From assembly GCA_041946735.1 (NCBI GenBank), contig JBHGAY010000020.1:47238-111237 (forward strand): a stretch of DNA of 64,000 nucleotides. Direction: 5' to 3'. A program made the position numbers and the translations under genes. This DNA comes from Candidatus Eiseniibacteriota bacterium (GTDB lineage: Bacteria; Eisenbacteria; RBG-16-71-46; CAIMUX01; VGJL01). Under the pieces are notes generated by a model. The model made no database searches and had not been told where the DNA came from. It saw only the letters and a program-made list of their open reading frames with translations. Of this stretch, positions 11,277-20,825 are shown in pieces. The stretch's first letter is position 1; each line of letters opens with the position of its first letter.

Positions 11277-12286
11277 CGTTCCTCCTTCGCCAGCGCGGCT
11301 CGCAGCCGCCGGATCGCCTCGACCGGAACCGGATCGACTCCACTCGCCTCGGCCAGCTCGACGCTCACCCTGTCCCCCAGGAAGATTTCGGCCAGCAGTC
11401 CGGGCAAGCCGCTCGCCTCGGCCGGCGCCACGACCTCGAACGGCAGGCCCGATGCGGCCGCCTCTTCCCTGAGCGCCTCGAGCAGGCGGGCGGTCCTCGG
11501 GGCCTCCCGATCCGGATCGGGAAACGCCCAGAAAGAAGCGGGCACGCCCGACCCGGCGAGCGAGGCCCAGCCCATCACCTCGTTGTGAGCCATCTCCGGG
11601 AGGCCGGAGACGAAGCAGGATCGCTTGGCGTTTTCCAGGATCTGGTTGCGCCATCGCAAGGCGGCGACGGCGCGCGACGGTCCGACGGGGATCAAGACCG
11701 GAATGCGGTTTCCCATCGCTTCGGCGATCCGCTTCGGTTCCCGCCCCGCGGGAGGAGAGGCGGCCTCCGCCCTGAGCAGCGCAACCGCGGCCGTGATCTC
11801 CTCCTCCGCCTCGGCGCGGACCGCCCGCAACGCCGCCGCGAGCAGGTACGGAAGCGACGCGCGCGGAGGAAGGCCCGGGGGGACTGTCGAGACGGGCACG
11901 CCCGCGTTCCGGCACTCCTCGAGCAGCCGGCCGCCCGATGCGATCGCATGCGTCGGGACGCCCCGCACGATCGCCTCGCGCAGCAGCGACAGCGCCTCCC
12001 ACGTCTCGCCGGAATAGCTGATCAGGACGAGGCGATCGAGGGGCCCGATCCAGCCGGGCAGCTCGGCGTCGAGCCAGACGAGCGTGGGGCGTCCCTTCTC
12101 CTGCAGGAAGCTCGAGGCGACCGCTCCGGCCATGCCGGATCCGCCCATGCCGGCAAAGACGAGGATCCGGCCCGGCTCGAGCCGGGACGCTGCCTCGCGC
12201 GGCGTGCTCCATCCTTGTTCCAGCATGTCGGGAAACGCCTCGACGAGCTTGCGCATCGCGGGCGCCGGAACGCCGGATCGACTCAT
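11273..12286 (-). CDS. Bifunctional phosphoglucose/phosphomannose isomerase (SIS domain)
   Basis: FAGMGGSGMAG, ISYSGET, ASGGRL, PPRASL, QILENAK, LPEMAHNEVMGW. Confidence 0.88.
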   Translation of the reverse strand: MSRSGVPAPAMRKLVEAFPDMLEQGWSTPREAASRLEPGRILVFAGMGGSGMAGAVASSFLQEKGRPTLVWLDAELPGWIGPLDRLVLISYSGETWEALSLLREAIVRGVPTHAIASGGRLLEECRNAGVPVSTVPPGLPPRASLPYLLAAALRAVRAEAEEEITAAVALLRAEAASPPAGREPKRIAEAMGNRIPVLIPVGPSRAVAALRWRNQILENAKRSCFVSGLPEMAHNEVMGWASLAGSGVPASFWAFPDPDREAPRTARLLEALREEAAASGLPFEVVAPAEASGLPGLLAEIFLGDRVSVELAEASGVDPVPVEAIRRLRAALAKEER

Positions 12287-12303
12287 CGGATCCTCCTGGC
12301 GGC

Positions 12304-14106
12304 TCACTGGAAGGCGTCCAGGTCGAGTCCGGCCGCGCGGAGTCCCGACTCCAGCAACGCGCGCACGTCGTCGCTCGTCGGCGAGGAGAGAGCCGCGAGG
12401 GCAAGGGACTCCAGGCCGGCCAGCCGCACGCTCGAGACGAGCGCGCGGACCATCGGAATCTGATATGGAGAGACGCTCAGCTGATGGCAGCCGAGACCGA
12501 GGAGGACGAGCGCGCCGAGCGGCTGTCCCGACATCTCCCCGCAAGAGGAGACGCTGATCCCCGCCTCGCGCCCTGCCAGGATCGTCTGTCGCAGCAGGCG
12601 CAGGACCGACGGGTGGAACGGATCGTAGAGGTGCGCGATCTTTTCGTTCCCGCGGTCGACGGCCAGCGTGTACTGGATGAGATCGTTCGACCCGATCGAG
12701 AAGAAGTCCGCCTCGCGGGCGAGCAGGTCGGCGATCGCGACCGCGGCCGGGATCTCGATCATGACTCCGAGCGGCACCGCGTCGGGAACCGACACTCCTT
12801 CCTGCCGCACCTCTCGAATGCACTCGGCCAGGTGCCGGCGCGCGGCACGCAGCTCCTCCACGCAGCTCACCATCGGCAGCATGATCCGCACGCTCCCCGC
12901 CGTCGACGCCCGCAGGATCGCGCGGAGCTGCACGCGGAAGATGTCGGGATGGGCGAGCGAGAAGCGGATCCCGCGCAAGCCGAGGAACGGGTTGTCCTCG
13001 CGCGACGTGCCGAGGTAGGAGGCGAGCTTGTCGCCCCCGAGATCCATCGTGCGGATCGTGACGCCGCGGCCGCGCATCCGCCGGACCGCCTGGCGGTAGA
13101 CCCGCGTCTGCGCCTCCTCGTCGGGCAGTCGCGGCTCGCGGATGAAGAAGAACTCGGTGCGGTAGAGCCCGACGCCGTCCGCTCCCTTGTCGTGCGCCTC
13201 GCCGGCGTCCGCCGGCAGGTCGATGTTCGCGAGGATCGCCACCTCATGGCCGTCGGCCGTCGTGAGGTGGCGGCGGGGCGCGGCCGGCAGCGAGCCGGCC
13301 AGCTTCTTCCGCTCGTCCCGCCGCTTCTGGAAGCGGCGGACCTCGGCGGGCGAAGGGCGGACGACGATCTCCCCCGTGTAACCGTCCACCAGGATCGTGT
13401 CGCCTTCCCGGACCTTCGGCGCCGTCTCGCCGAGCCCGACGACCGCCGGGATTCCGCGGCTGCGCGCCAAGATCGCCACGTGCGAGGTCGGGCCGCCATG
13501 ATCGGTGACGAATCCGAGGATCCGGTCCCGATCGAGCGAGGCGGTCTCGCTGGGCGTCAGATCCGAGGCGACCAGGACGACGGGCCGGTTGGGAAGGTGC
13601 AGCGGCTCGTTGGAATCGTCGCCGAGGTGGCGGACGATCCTGCGCTTCACGTCCCGGAGATCGACGGAGCGGCTGCGGAAGTAGTCGGTCTCCGCCTGCT
13701 CGAACTTCGTCGCGAGAGCGCGGAAGACGCGCCGCACCGCCGACTCCGCGCTCAGGCGCTCCGTCTCGATCAGCTCGGTGATCTCTCGCAGGACCACCTG
13801 GTCCTCGAGGATCATCCGGTGCGCTTCGAGGATGGGGGTGCCGGGATCCTCCGGATCGACGATGAGACATTCCTTCAGCGCCTGGATCTCATCGCGCGCG
13901 CGGCGGACCGCGACCCGGAAGCGGCGCAGCTCGCCGCGAACTTCTCGCGCGGCGACGGTCTTCTCGACCGCCGTGCCTTCGTCGCGGCTGACGACGTGCG
14001 CGGGTCCGGCGACGAGTCCCGGGGACGCAGGCACTCCACGGGCACGAACCGTGGCTCCCGCCCCGGCTCCCGCTCCTCCTGTCTCCGCCTTGCGCGTCTC
14101 CATCAT
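12304..14106 (-). CDS. ptsI: PTS enzyme I (PEP-protein phosphotransferase)
   Basis: [19 protein letters not shown] (phospho-His), [45 protein letters not shown]; no N-terminal GAF domain. Confidence 0.96.
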   Translation of the reverse strand: MMETRKAETGGAGAGAGATVRARGVPASPGLVAGPAHVVSRDEGTAVEKTVAAREVRGELRRFRVAVRRARDEIQALKECLIVDPEDPGTPILEAHRMILEDQVVLREITELIETERLSAESAVRRVFRALATKFEQAETDYFRSRSVDLRDVKRRIVRHLGDDSNEPLHLPNRPVVLVASDLTPSETASLDRDRILGFVTDHGGPTSHVAILARSRGIPAVVGLGETAPKVREGDTILVDGYTGEIVVRPSPAEVRRFQKRRDERKKLAGSLPAAPRRHLTTADGHEVAILANIDLPADAGEAHDKGADGVGLYRTEFFFIREPRLPDEEAQTRVYRQAVRRMRGRGVTIRTMDLGGDKLASYLGTSREDNPFLGLRGIRFSLAHPDIFRVQLRAILRASTAGSVRIMLPMVSCVEELRAARRHLAECIREVRQEGVSVPDAVPLGVMIEIPAAVAIADLLAREADFFSIGSNDLIQYTLAVDRGNEKIAHLYDPFHPSVLRLLRQTILAGREAGISVSSCGEMSGQPLGALVLLGLGCHQLSVSPYQIPMVRALVSSVRLAGLESLALAALSSPTSDDVRALLESGLRAAGLDLDAFQ

Positions 14107-14372
14107 GAGCCGTCCTCGCCGAAGCGCGAGTCGATCAGATGGACCAGCGAGTCGATCGCCCGTTCCTCGTCCGGGCCCGAGGCCCGGATCGTCAGCTCGG
14201 CGCCCGCCTCCGCCGCCAGCATCATCACTCCCATGATGCTCTTGCCGTTGACCGTCAGGTCGCCGTTGGTCACGAAGATCTCCGACTGGAACTCGGCCGC
14301 CTTCTTGACGAAGAGCGCGGCGGGACGCGCGTGAATCCCCGGATGGTTTCGGACGATGACCGTTTTCTCCAC
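14103..14372 (-). CDS. ptsH: Phosphocarrier protein HPr
   Basis: GIHARPAA (His15) and [12 protein letters not shown] (Ser46); C-terminal part of ORF 14103..15596. Confidence 0.95.
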   Translation of the reverse strand: MEKTVIVRNHPGIHARPAALFVKKAAEFQSEIFVTNGDLTVNGKSIMGVMMLAAEAGAELTIRASGPDEERAIDSLVHLIDSRFGEDGS

Positions 14373-14392
14373 CAACGGATCCTTCCCCGGAT

Positions 14393-15238
14393 CTACCGGC
14401 TGATCCCGCCCGGCAGATGGAGCAGATGGAACGAAGCCAGAAGCCACCCGAGCAGGCCGAGCAGCAGCGCGGCGATCGGAAGCCCCCACGTTCCCAGTCC
14501 CCTCCGCCGGAATCGCGATCCGAGAGCCAGCACGAGAACGACCCAGGCGATCCCCGCGATCGCTCTCCCCCAGGAGGATTTCGGCGAGTCGATCCAGATC
14601 GCGGCTCCCGCAACCCCTCCAAGCATCCCGAGGGAGAGAGCGAACAGCCGTGCCAAGCGGGGCGGCCATCGCAGCAGCCCTTCCTGCGAGAGGTCGGCGA
14701 GGATGCTCGCGCTCCCCCGCCTTCCCGCCTGAAGGCTCCGCCATCGGAGGTACAGCTCGGGCGCATTGTACACCAGCAGCAGCGTCGCCGCCGCGATCGC
14801 CCCGGCCCATCGAGCGGCCGGCACGGCGGAGGACGGATCGGGCGAGAGCAGCGCGAGCGCGGCGACGAGCGCGAGGAGGACCGACGCCGGACGCAGCAGT
14901 CCCCAGACGAGACGGTCGCCGATCGCGCCGAGCGTGGAGAGGAGCGTCCCGCGCCGCGGAGCGAGCGCCGGTGCGCCTTCCTCCGCGATCCAGCCGAGCG
15001 CGTATCCGGCGAGCGAGGGGTTCGCCTGGAACGGTTCGGTCTCCGGTGGAACCTCGAGAGGCTCGAGAGCCCAGTTGCGCCCGGCACGCTGCAGTCCGCG
15101 AGGATTGAAGGAAGCCTCGAGCAGAAGGGTCCGAACGAGTAGCGCGAAACTCGACGCCGGTCCCCCCGGCCTCTTGCTGGGCGAGGGACCGGGCTGCGAT
15201 GGCGTCGATCCGCCCGGCGGACGGACTCCGGCGCTCAT
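14393..15238 (-). CDS. Divergent mannose/fructose/sorbose-family PTS EIID
   Basis: [46 protein letters not shown]; position after EIIC. Confidence 0.75.
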   Translation of the reverse strand: MSAGVRPPGGSTPSQPGPSPSKRPGGPASSFALLVRTLLLEASFNPRGLQRAGRNWALEPLEVPPETEPFQANPSLAGYALGWIAEEGAPALAPRRGTLLSTLGAIGDRLVWGLLRPASVLLALVAALALLSPDPSSAVPAARWAGAIAAATLLLVYNAPELYLRWRSLQAGRRGSASILADLSQEGLLRWPPRLARLFALSLGMLGGVAGAAIWIDSPKSSWGRAIAGIAWVVLVLALGSRFRRRGLGTWGLPIAALLLGLLGWLLASFHLLHLPGGISR

Positions 15239-15930
15239 CGTAGGATCCCGTCGAGGAGGATCCGACCGGTGGCGCCGATCGCAAGGCCGGCTCCGAGCCA
15301 GAGGTAGGAGCCTCGGCCGGCCAGCTCCGTCCGCACCCGAGGAAGGAGGGACGCGACGGCGAGTGTGCTCGCGGCCGCGAGGAGCGACCAGACAAGCCAG
15401 GGATGCGTCGCCGCGGGCCAGGGAACGGCGCGCCGGAGGATCCAGCCGAGGGCGAGAGCCAAGGTGGCCCCCGCGACCCCCCGCGTGAAGGCGCCCGCCA
15501 CGCCTCCCGCGATCGCGCCGCCCCAGCCGCCCCCGGCGCGCAGCGCCCGCTCCTCGCGCCGGCCGTTCGCCTCGCGCAGCTGCGCCTCCCAGGCAACGCC
15601 GAGCGCGCCGACGGCGAGTCCGGCGACGAGCGCGACGGTCCAGCCGAGGTCGCCGGGAAGGAGCGACGCGACGATCACCGCGGCGACCGCGGCCGTCCCG
15701 GTGTCGGGGAGTAGCGCGCCGCCGACCGGAAGGGGAGCCGGCCACACGAGCTGGAGCCAGATGCCAGCGAGCGCGCCGCGCAACGGATCGCCGAGCAACA
15801 GCCCGGCGACCGACGCCGCGACGAGCGGCTGGTGCAGCTGGCGCGCGCCGAGCGCGCGCTGATCGGCGGAGCAGAGCCCGCCCCAGAGGATGGCGAGGAC
15901 GAGGCCGAATGCTCCGGGAGCGTGCATCAT
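15235..15930 (-). CDS. Divergent mannose-family PTS EIIC
   Basis: Hydrophobic; LHQPLVAASVAGLLLGDPLRGALAGIWLQLVW...PVGGALLPD. Confidence 0.78.
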   Translation of the reverse strand: MMHAPGAFGLVLAILWGGLCSADQRALGARQLHQPLVAASVAGLLLGDPLRGALAGIWLQLVWPAPLPVGGALLPDTGTAAVAAVIVASLLPGDLGWTVALVAGLAVGALGVAWEAQLREANGRREERALRAGGGWGGAIAGGVAGAFTRGVAGATLALALGWILRRAVPWPAATHPWLVWSLLAAASTLAVASLLPRVRTELAGRGSYLWLGAGLAIGATGRILLDGILR

Positions 15931-18368
15931 GGCGTCGCGGGAGGGATGGAGAGGCTCTCGGCGGCCTCGCCGTCGGCCTCGGACGCCTCGGATGCGTCGG
16001 ACGCCTCGACACTCGTCTCAGTGCCCGCCTCGACATCCATCTCGACCGGTTGCAGCGCTGCGTCCCCGTGGCGGAACGCGACCTCGATCCGGCCGCGCCA
16101 TAGGGCGCCCGGCTCGAGGTCCAGCGTCCAGTAGGGCAGCGCGACCGTCCCCTGATAGTTGCGCTCGATCCCCCCTTCGCTGAGCGAGACCGTCTCGATC
16201 GCCGAGCGGACCCATCCTTCGCAGCCGGGGGCGTCGAGATCGATCCGCACCCGCTCCCACGCATCGACGAAGGAGAGCCGCTTCGTCCCCGGGTGCGATC
16301 CAGCCCCCGCGATTGCCGGATCGACGGGCGGCACGCCGTCGGCGAGGACGTAGCGGTCCGGCGCGCGCGCGGCGAGGAGATTCCAGACCGTCTCGCTGCC
16401 GAAGACGAAGCGCAGTCGCTGCGAGGCGGAGGAGCGGATCTCGTAGCGGACCTCGAAGCGATCCTCTCCGCCGCGGAGTCGCACCTCCTTCTGCAGATCG
16501 ATGCGACAGGAAGGGTCCTCGTCGAGCAACGCGACGCGCCTCAACCGCACGGACGCGACTCCGTCCTCCACCGCGCACGCCTCGACCCGGTAGGCAACCC
16601 CGGCGAGGTCTCCCCAGCCGACCGCTTCACCGGCGAGAAGACCGCTCGCGTCCGGCGCGGCGGCGAAGAGGCGATCGCCGATCCCGACGCGCTCCCGCCG
16701 GTCGTAGATGAGCAGCTGGTCGAGATCCTTCTCCTTCGCCGTGATCCGCTCGTGGATCGTCCGCGCCTTCTCCTCGCCCGCCTCGCGCGTTTCGCGCGCC
16801 TCGCCCCCCTCGCCCCCCTCGCCCACCTCCCGCGCACTGCCCGCCTTGCCCGCCGCCTCCCACGGCGCCGCTCCCAGCTCGGCGTGGTAGGCCTCCGGGC
16901 GGCGCGTCAAGGCGTTCTGCAGGTTCCGGCCGGCGACGCGATCGTCGATCTCGAGAAGGCCGCCGCCGCGACGCGGCGAGACGACCAGCGAGAGTCGATG
17001 CGAGGCGAGCAGGACTTCCTCCTCGCCGCACCGGTCGACGTCGGCGCGCCGCACGTCGACCCAGTCGGCTCCGGGGTGCAGGCCGCGGTCGAGCGCCGTC
17101 TCCCCGCTCACGAGACGGCGCTGCACGCCGTCGCGCAGGTGCGGGAGGTAGAGCCCACCGAAAATGCCGTGCCAGTAGGCGCAGTTGCACTGGCCGGCCC
17201 AGAGCCGGTCGCGGATCGTCGGGATCATCCCTCGCGTTTCCTCGGACATCGCGCCGCTCGCCGCCTCCAGCCGGTCCAGCGCGTCGGCGATCCTTCCGTG
17301 CAGGATCGCCGACTCCGAGTAGCGGGCGAGGAAGTTGCGGAAGAAGCCTCCCTGCAGCAGGCGCCGCGCCTCCTCTTCGCGCCCCTGCTGCTCCATCCAG
17401 CGCTCCGTCGTCTCGAGCAGGCGCCGCGCCGCCGGCGGCAGCGCCCAGGCGGTCATCTCCCGGTACGATCCGTCGGGCAAGTACGCCTTGCCGCGAGGCG
17501 GGACGGCCCGCGCCTCGGCCGAGAGATGCACGAGCGAGACCCACCCGGCCTCCTCGGCGATCCGGTCGAAGAAGCGGTCGAGCCATCCCTGCTCGTAACA
17601 GAGGGCGTGGGTGCCCGGCCAGATCCCGAACTTTTCCCCGTCATCCGCGAGCACGCGAAGCGTGCCCGGACGCTCCTCCTTCCACCCGCGCAACGTCGCG
17701 AGGACCTCCTCCGGCCCCGCGAACGGAATCTGGTAGCGCAGGCGCATCGCGATCGGGAAGAGGCGCACCATCCGTCCAGCCTCCTCCGTGAGGTACGCCC
17801 CGCACAGATCCTCCTCGGCCAGCCCGATCTGGAGGAACTGCGTGTCGTCGAGGCAGAGCCACTCGATCCCCTCCGCCGCCAGGTCCGAAGCGAGATGCGG
17901 CTCCCAGACCCGCTCGGTCAGCCAGATCCCCCTCGGGGTCACGCCGAACCGCCCCTCGAGAAAGTCGCGCATCCGCCGCAGCTGCCCGCGACGGTCGCGA
18001 GTCGAGAGCAGCGGGAGGATCGGCTCGTAGAACCCGCCGCCGACCAGCTCCACCTGCCCGCGCGCGACGAGCGGCGCGACCCGCTCGCCGTACTCCGGAT
18101 GCCTCTCCTCGAGCCACTCCCACAGGCAACCGGAGTTGTGCAGCCCGATCCGCACCTCGGGCCTCCGCTCGAGCAGGGCGAGGAACGGCAGGTAGGACCG
18201 CACGTACGCATCCTCCACGACGTGCTCGAGGTTGCCGACCGGCTGATGGTTGTGGAGAACGATCGCGAAGCGGAGTCCCGGCCACCCTTCGGTCCGAGAC
18301 TCCGGCGAACTTCCCGTCGAACTTTCCGTCGAACTCTCCGTCAAACGTTTCGTCGAAGCGTCCGTCAA
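15927..18368 (-). CDS. GH57 alpha-amylase / 4-alpha-glucanotransferase
   Basis: LHNHQPVGN, GGFYEPIL, GIWLTERVWEP (nucleophile Glu), DDGEKFGIWPGT (acid/base Asp), QCNCAYWHGIFGGLYLPHLR, ETVSLSEGGIERNYQG. Confidence 0.92.
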   Translation of the reverse strand: MTDASTKRLTESSTESSTGSSPESRTEGWPGLRFAIVLHNHQPVGNLEHVVEDAYVRSYLPFLALLERRPEVRIGLHNSGCLWEWLEERHPEYGERVAPLVARGQVELVGGGFYEPILPLLSTRDRRGQLRRMRDFLEGRFGVTPRGIWLTERVWEPHLASDLAAEGIEWLCLDDTQFLQIGLAEEDLCGAYLTEEAGRMVRLFPIAMRLRYQIPFAGPEEVLATLRGWKEERPGTLRVLADDGEKFGIWPGTHALCYEQGWLDRFFDRIAEEAGWVSLVHLSAEARAVPPRGKAYLPDGSYREMTAWALPPAARRLLETTERWMEQQGREEEARRLLQGGFFRNFLARYSESAILHGRIADALDRLEAASGAMSEETRGMIPTIRDRLWAGQCNCAYWHGIFGGLYLPHLRDGVQRRLVSGETALDRGLHPGADWVDVRRADVDRCGEEEVLLASHRLSLVVSPRRGGGLLEIDDRVAGRNLQNALTRRPEAYHAELGAAPWEAAGKAGSAREVGEGGEGGEARETREAGEEKARTIHERITAKEKDLDQLLIYDRRERVGIGDRLFAAAPDASGLLAGEAVGWGDLAGVAYRVEACAVEDGVASVRLRRVALLDEDPSCRIDLQKEVRLRGGEDRFEVRYEIRSSASQRLRFVFGSETVWNLLAARAPDRYVLADGVPPVDPAIAGAGSHPGTKRLSFVDAWERVRIDLDAPGCEGWVRSAIETVSLSEGGIERNYQGTVALPYWTLDLEPGALWRGRIEVAFRHGDAALQPVEMDVEAGTETSVEASDASEASEADGEAAESLSIPPATP

Positions 18369-18862
18369 GGCTTCGCGCCTCCCTGCGCGAGAAGTTCGGC
18401 AAAAGGACGGGGGGGCCGCGAAGGCAGATCCTGCGCGTAGAGCCGGATCCCGGCCGCCGCCAGGCTCTCCGCCGCGCGCAGATCGTCCGCGGTCAGGAAC
18501 AGGTAATCGAGATAGCGCCGCGCGCCGGCTCGCTCGTGGAGCCCGCCGAGGTTGATGCTCTCCGGCCGGAACCCGCCGTCGACGAGACGCGCCATCCCGT
18601 CAAGACCGCGCACGAGCAGGACGGTCCGCTCCGGATTCGCGCGCGCGCGCCCGGCCACGAAGCCCGCCGTGTCGAGCACCTCGAGGGTGGTGCCCTCGGG
18701 AAGCGCCGCTTCGAAGAGCGAGAGGGAGAAGGGATCGCCGGCGATCGCGTCGTCGACGATCAGGAAGCCGGCCGGGTCGAGCGCCTGCCGCCAGCCGAGC
18801 GCGACCTGGCCGTGCAGCAGGCGGTCGTCGACCCGCACGAGGAGATAGCTCAGCCGATGCAC
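18365..18862 (-). CDS. Mannose/sorbose-family PTS EIIB
   Basis: RVDDRLLHGQV (phospho-His), IVDD, INLGGLH, AQDLP. Confidence 0.92.
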   Translation of the reverse strand: MHRLSYLLVRVDDRLLHGQVALGWRQALDPAGFLIVDDAIAGDPFSLSLFEAALPEGTTLEVLDTAGFVAGRARANPERTVLLVRGLDGMARLVDGGFRPESINLGGLHERAGARRYLDYLFLTADDLRAAESLAAAGIRLYAQDLPSRPPRPFAELLAQGGAKP

Positions 18863-19245
18863 TGGATCCCGTCGCGCCCCTTCTGCACGAGACGCTCCCG
18901 CAGCTCGGCCATCGGATAGCGGTCGCGATTGTGCAGGAAGTCGAGAAGCATGGGCAGGTTGATCCCCGAAAGGATCGTGGTGTCGTCATGCGCTCGCAGG
19001 ATCTCGCGGCACGCGTGCCCGCAGCTTCCCCCCAGCAGGTCGACGAAGAGGAACACGGCCGAGGCGGCCCGCCCCTTGAGGATCTCCCGGACGCGATCGA
19101 CGATCCCGTCGAGGCTCGCGCCGAAGTTCGAAATGACCTCGAGCTGCTCCTGCGGGCCGAGAATCGCCTCGGCCGTGCGGCGCAACTCCTCCCCCAGCGA
19201 CCCGTGCGTCACCAGGATCCCGAGCGTCCTGCTCGTGCTCGCCAT
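18850..19245 (-). CDS. Mannose-family PTS EIIA
   Basis: ILVTHGSLG (phospho-His), VDLLGGS, GINLPMLL. Confidence 0.92.
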   Translation of the reverse strand: MASTSRTLGILVTHGSLGEELRRTAEAILGPQEQLEVISNFGASLDGIVDRVREILKGRAASAVFLFVDLLGGSCGHACREILRAHDDTTILSGINLPMLLDFLHNRDRYPMAELRERLVQKGRDGIQCIG

Positions 19246-19249
19246 CTCC

Positions 19250-20215
19250 CTACTCCAGATCGTCCCTCGCCAGCACCTCGAGGTTGCGCTTGCGGCGAAT
19301 CAGCTGCAGGAGATTCTCGTTGAAGTGCTCGGCCGGGTTGTACCCGTACGCCTTGACGAGGTAGTTGAGCGCGATCGTCTCCGCGATCACCGTGATGTTC
19401 TTCCCCGGAAAGATCGGGACGACGACGAGCGGGATCCGGACGTCGAGGATCGTCGTCGTCTTCTCGACCAGCCCCAGCCGCTCGTAGTCCTCGTTGGAGT
19501 CCCACTCGCGCAGGTTCACCTCGACCTCGACCCGCTTGCGCGCGCGGATCGAACGGATCCCGAAGATCGCCTGCACGTCGACGATCCCGATCCCCCGGAT
19601 CTCCATGCAGTGGCGGAGCATCTCGTTGCCCGATCCGATCAGGACGTTGTGCTGGCGGCGGATCGTCACGACGTCATCCGCCACGAGCCGCGCCCCGCGC
19701 TCGACCAGATCGAGCGCGCACTCGCTCTTGCCGATCGCGCTCCTGCCGGTGATCAGAAGCCCCACGCCGTAGACGTCGACGAGCGAGCCGTGCACCGTCG
19801 TGCTCGGAGCGAACAGCTCGTCGAGGAACGCGGTCACCTGATGGATCAGCGGCGTGGTCGACATGTCCGACCCGAAGATCGGGATCTGCCGCGAATCGGC
19901 CAGCTCGCGCATCGGGTCGGGAGCCTTCAATCCCTTCGTCACGATCACGCAGGGAAGCGGGAACTGGAACACGTTCTCGAGAGCGCGGGCGCGCGCTTCG
20001 GGATCGAGGGTTTCGAGATAGCTGATCTCGGTCTGCCCGAAGATGAGGATCCGCTCCCAGAGGAAGTTGTCGACGAAGCCGGTCAGGGCCAGCCCCGGCC
20101 GGTTGATGTCGCTCGTCGTGATCGGTTGGCGGCTCGTCATGCCGCCGCCGATCAGGGTGAGGTGCAGCTGCGCCCCGGCCCGCTCATGGAACTCTCGGAC
20201 GGAGATCCCCGCCAT
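19250..20215 (-). CDS. hprK: HPr kinase/phosphorylase
   Basis: DINRPGLALTGF, HGSLVDVYGVGLLITGRSAIGKSECALDLVERG, LVADD, MEIRGIGI, PGKN. Confidence 0.97.
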   Translation of the reverse strand: MAGISVREFHERAGAQLHLTLIGGGMTSRQPITTSDINRPGLALTGFVDNFLWERILIFGQTEISYLETLDPEARARALENVFQFPLPCVIVTKGLKAPDPMRELADSRQIPIFGSDMSTTPLIHQVTAFLDELFAPSTTVHGSLVDVYGVGLLITGRSAIGKSECALDLVERGARLVADDVVTIRRQHNVLIGSGNEMLRHCMEIRGIGIVDVQAIFGIRSIRARKRVEVEVNLREWDSNEDYERLGLVEKTTTILDVRIPLVVVPIFPGKNITVIAETIALNYLVKAYGYNPAEHFNENLLQLIRRKRNLEVLARDDLE

Positions 20216-20234
20216 CGGACTCGCGCTTCCTTCT

Positions 20235-20777
20235 CTATTCGGCCTCGACGAGGCCGAAGTTCCCGTCCTCGCGCAGATGCACGAGGCTCACCTTTCCCGA
20301 TCGCGCGTTTCGGAACATGAGGAAGTCGGAATCCCCTTCCCGGAGGATACGGATCGCCTCCTCCACCGTGACCGCCTCCGGATGCCACTGCTTCCCGCGG
20401 ACGACGACCGGCGCCCACTCCTCCTCGGCCTCGACCGTCGACAGCTCCTCCTCCTCGACCGGGACCCCCGCCGGAACCGGCTTGCGGGTCTTCCGGTCGC
20501 GCATGCGCGTGTTCCACTTCTTCAGCTGGCGCTCGAGCCGGTCGACCACCTGGTCGATCGAGCTGAGCATGTCGTGCGATTCCTGGCGGCTGATCAGATC
20601 GGTGCCGTTGGCACGAACGGTCACCTCGGCGATCTGGCGGTGCTTTTCCTGCGCGAGGACCAGGTGGACCTCCTGGATCTGGTCCGAATAGCGGTCGAGC
20701 TTCTGCAGCCTCTTCTCCACGCGCTCGCGCAGCTGCGGGGTCAACTCGTATCTCCGGGCGGTGGTAATGATGTCCAT
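20235..20777 (-). CDS. hpf: Ribosome hibernation promoting factor (long HPF)
   Basis: MDIITTARRYELTPQLRE..., DMLSSIDQVVDRLERQLKK, C-terminal TVEEAI...FRN...REDGNFGLVE; follows rpoN. Confidence 0.92.
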   Translation of the reverse strand: MDIITTARRYELTPQLRERVEKRLQKLDRYSDQIQEVHLVLAQEKHRQIAEVTVRANGTDLISRQESHDMLSSIDQVVDRLERQLKKWNTRMRDRKTRKPVPAGVPVEEEELSTVEAEEEWAPVVVRGKQWHPEAVTVEEAIRILREGDSDFLMFRNARSGKVSLVHLREDGNFGLVEAE

Positions 20778-20825
20778 CGACCCTCCTCCTGTTACTGGCA
20801 CCCCTCGGAGCCTGGGCCCCCGGGC

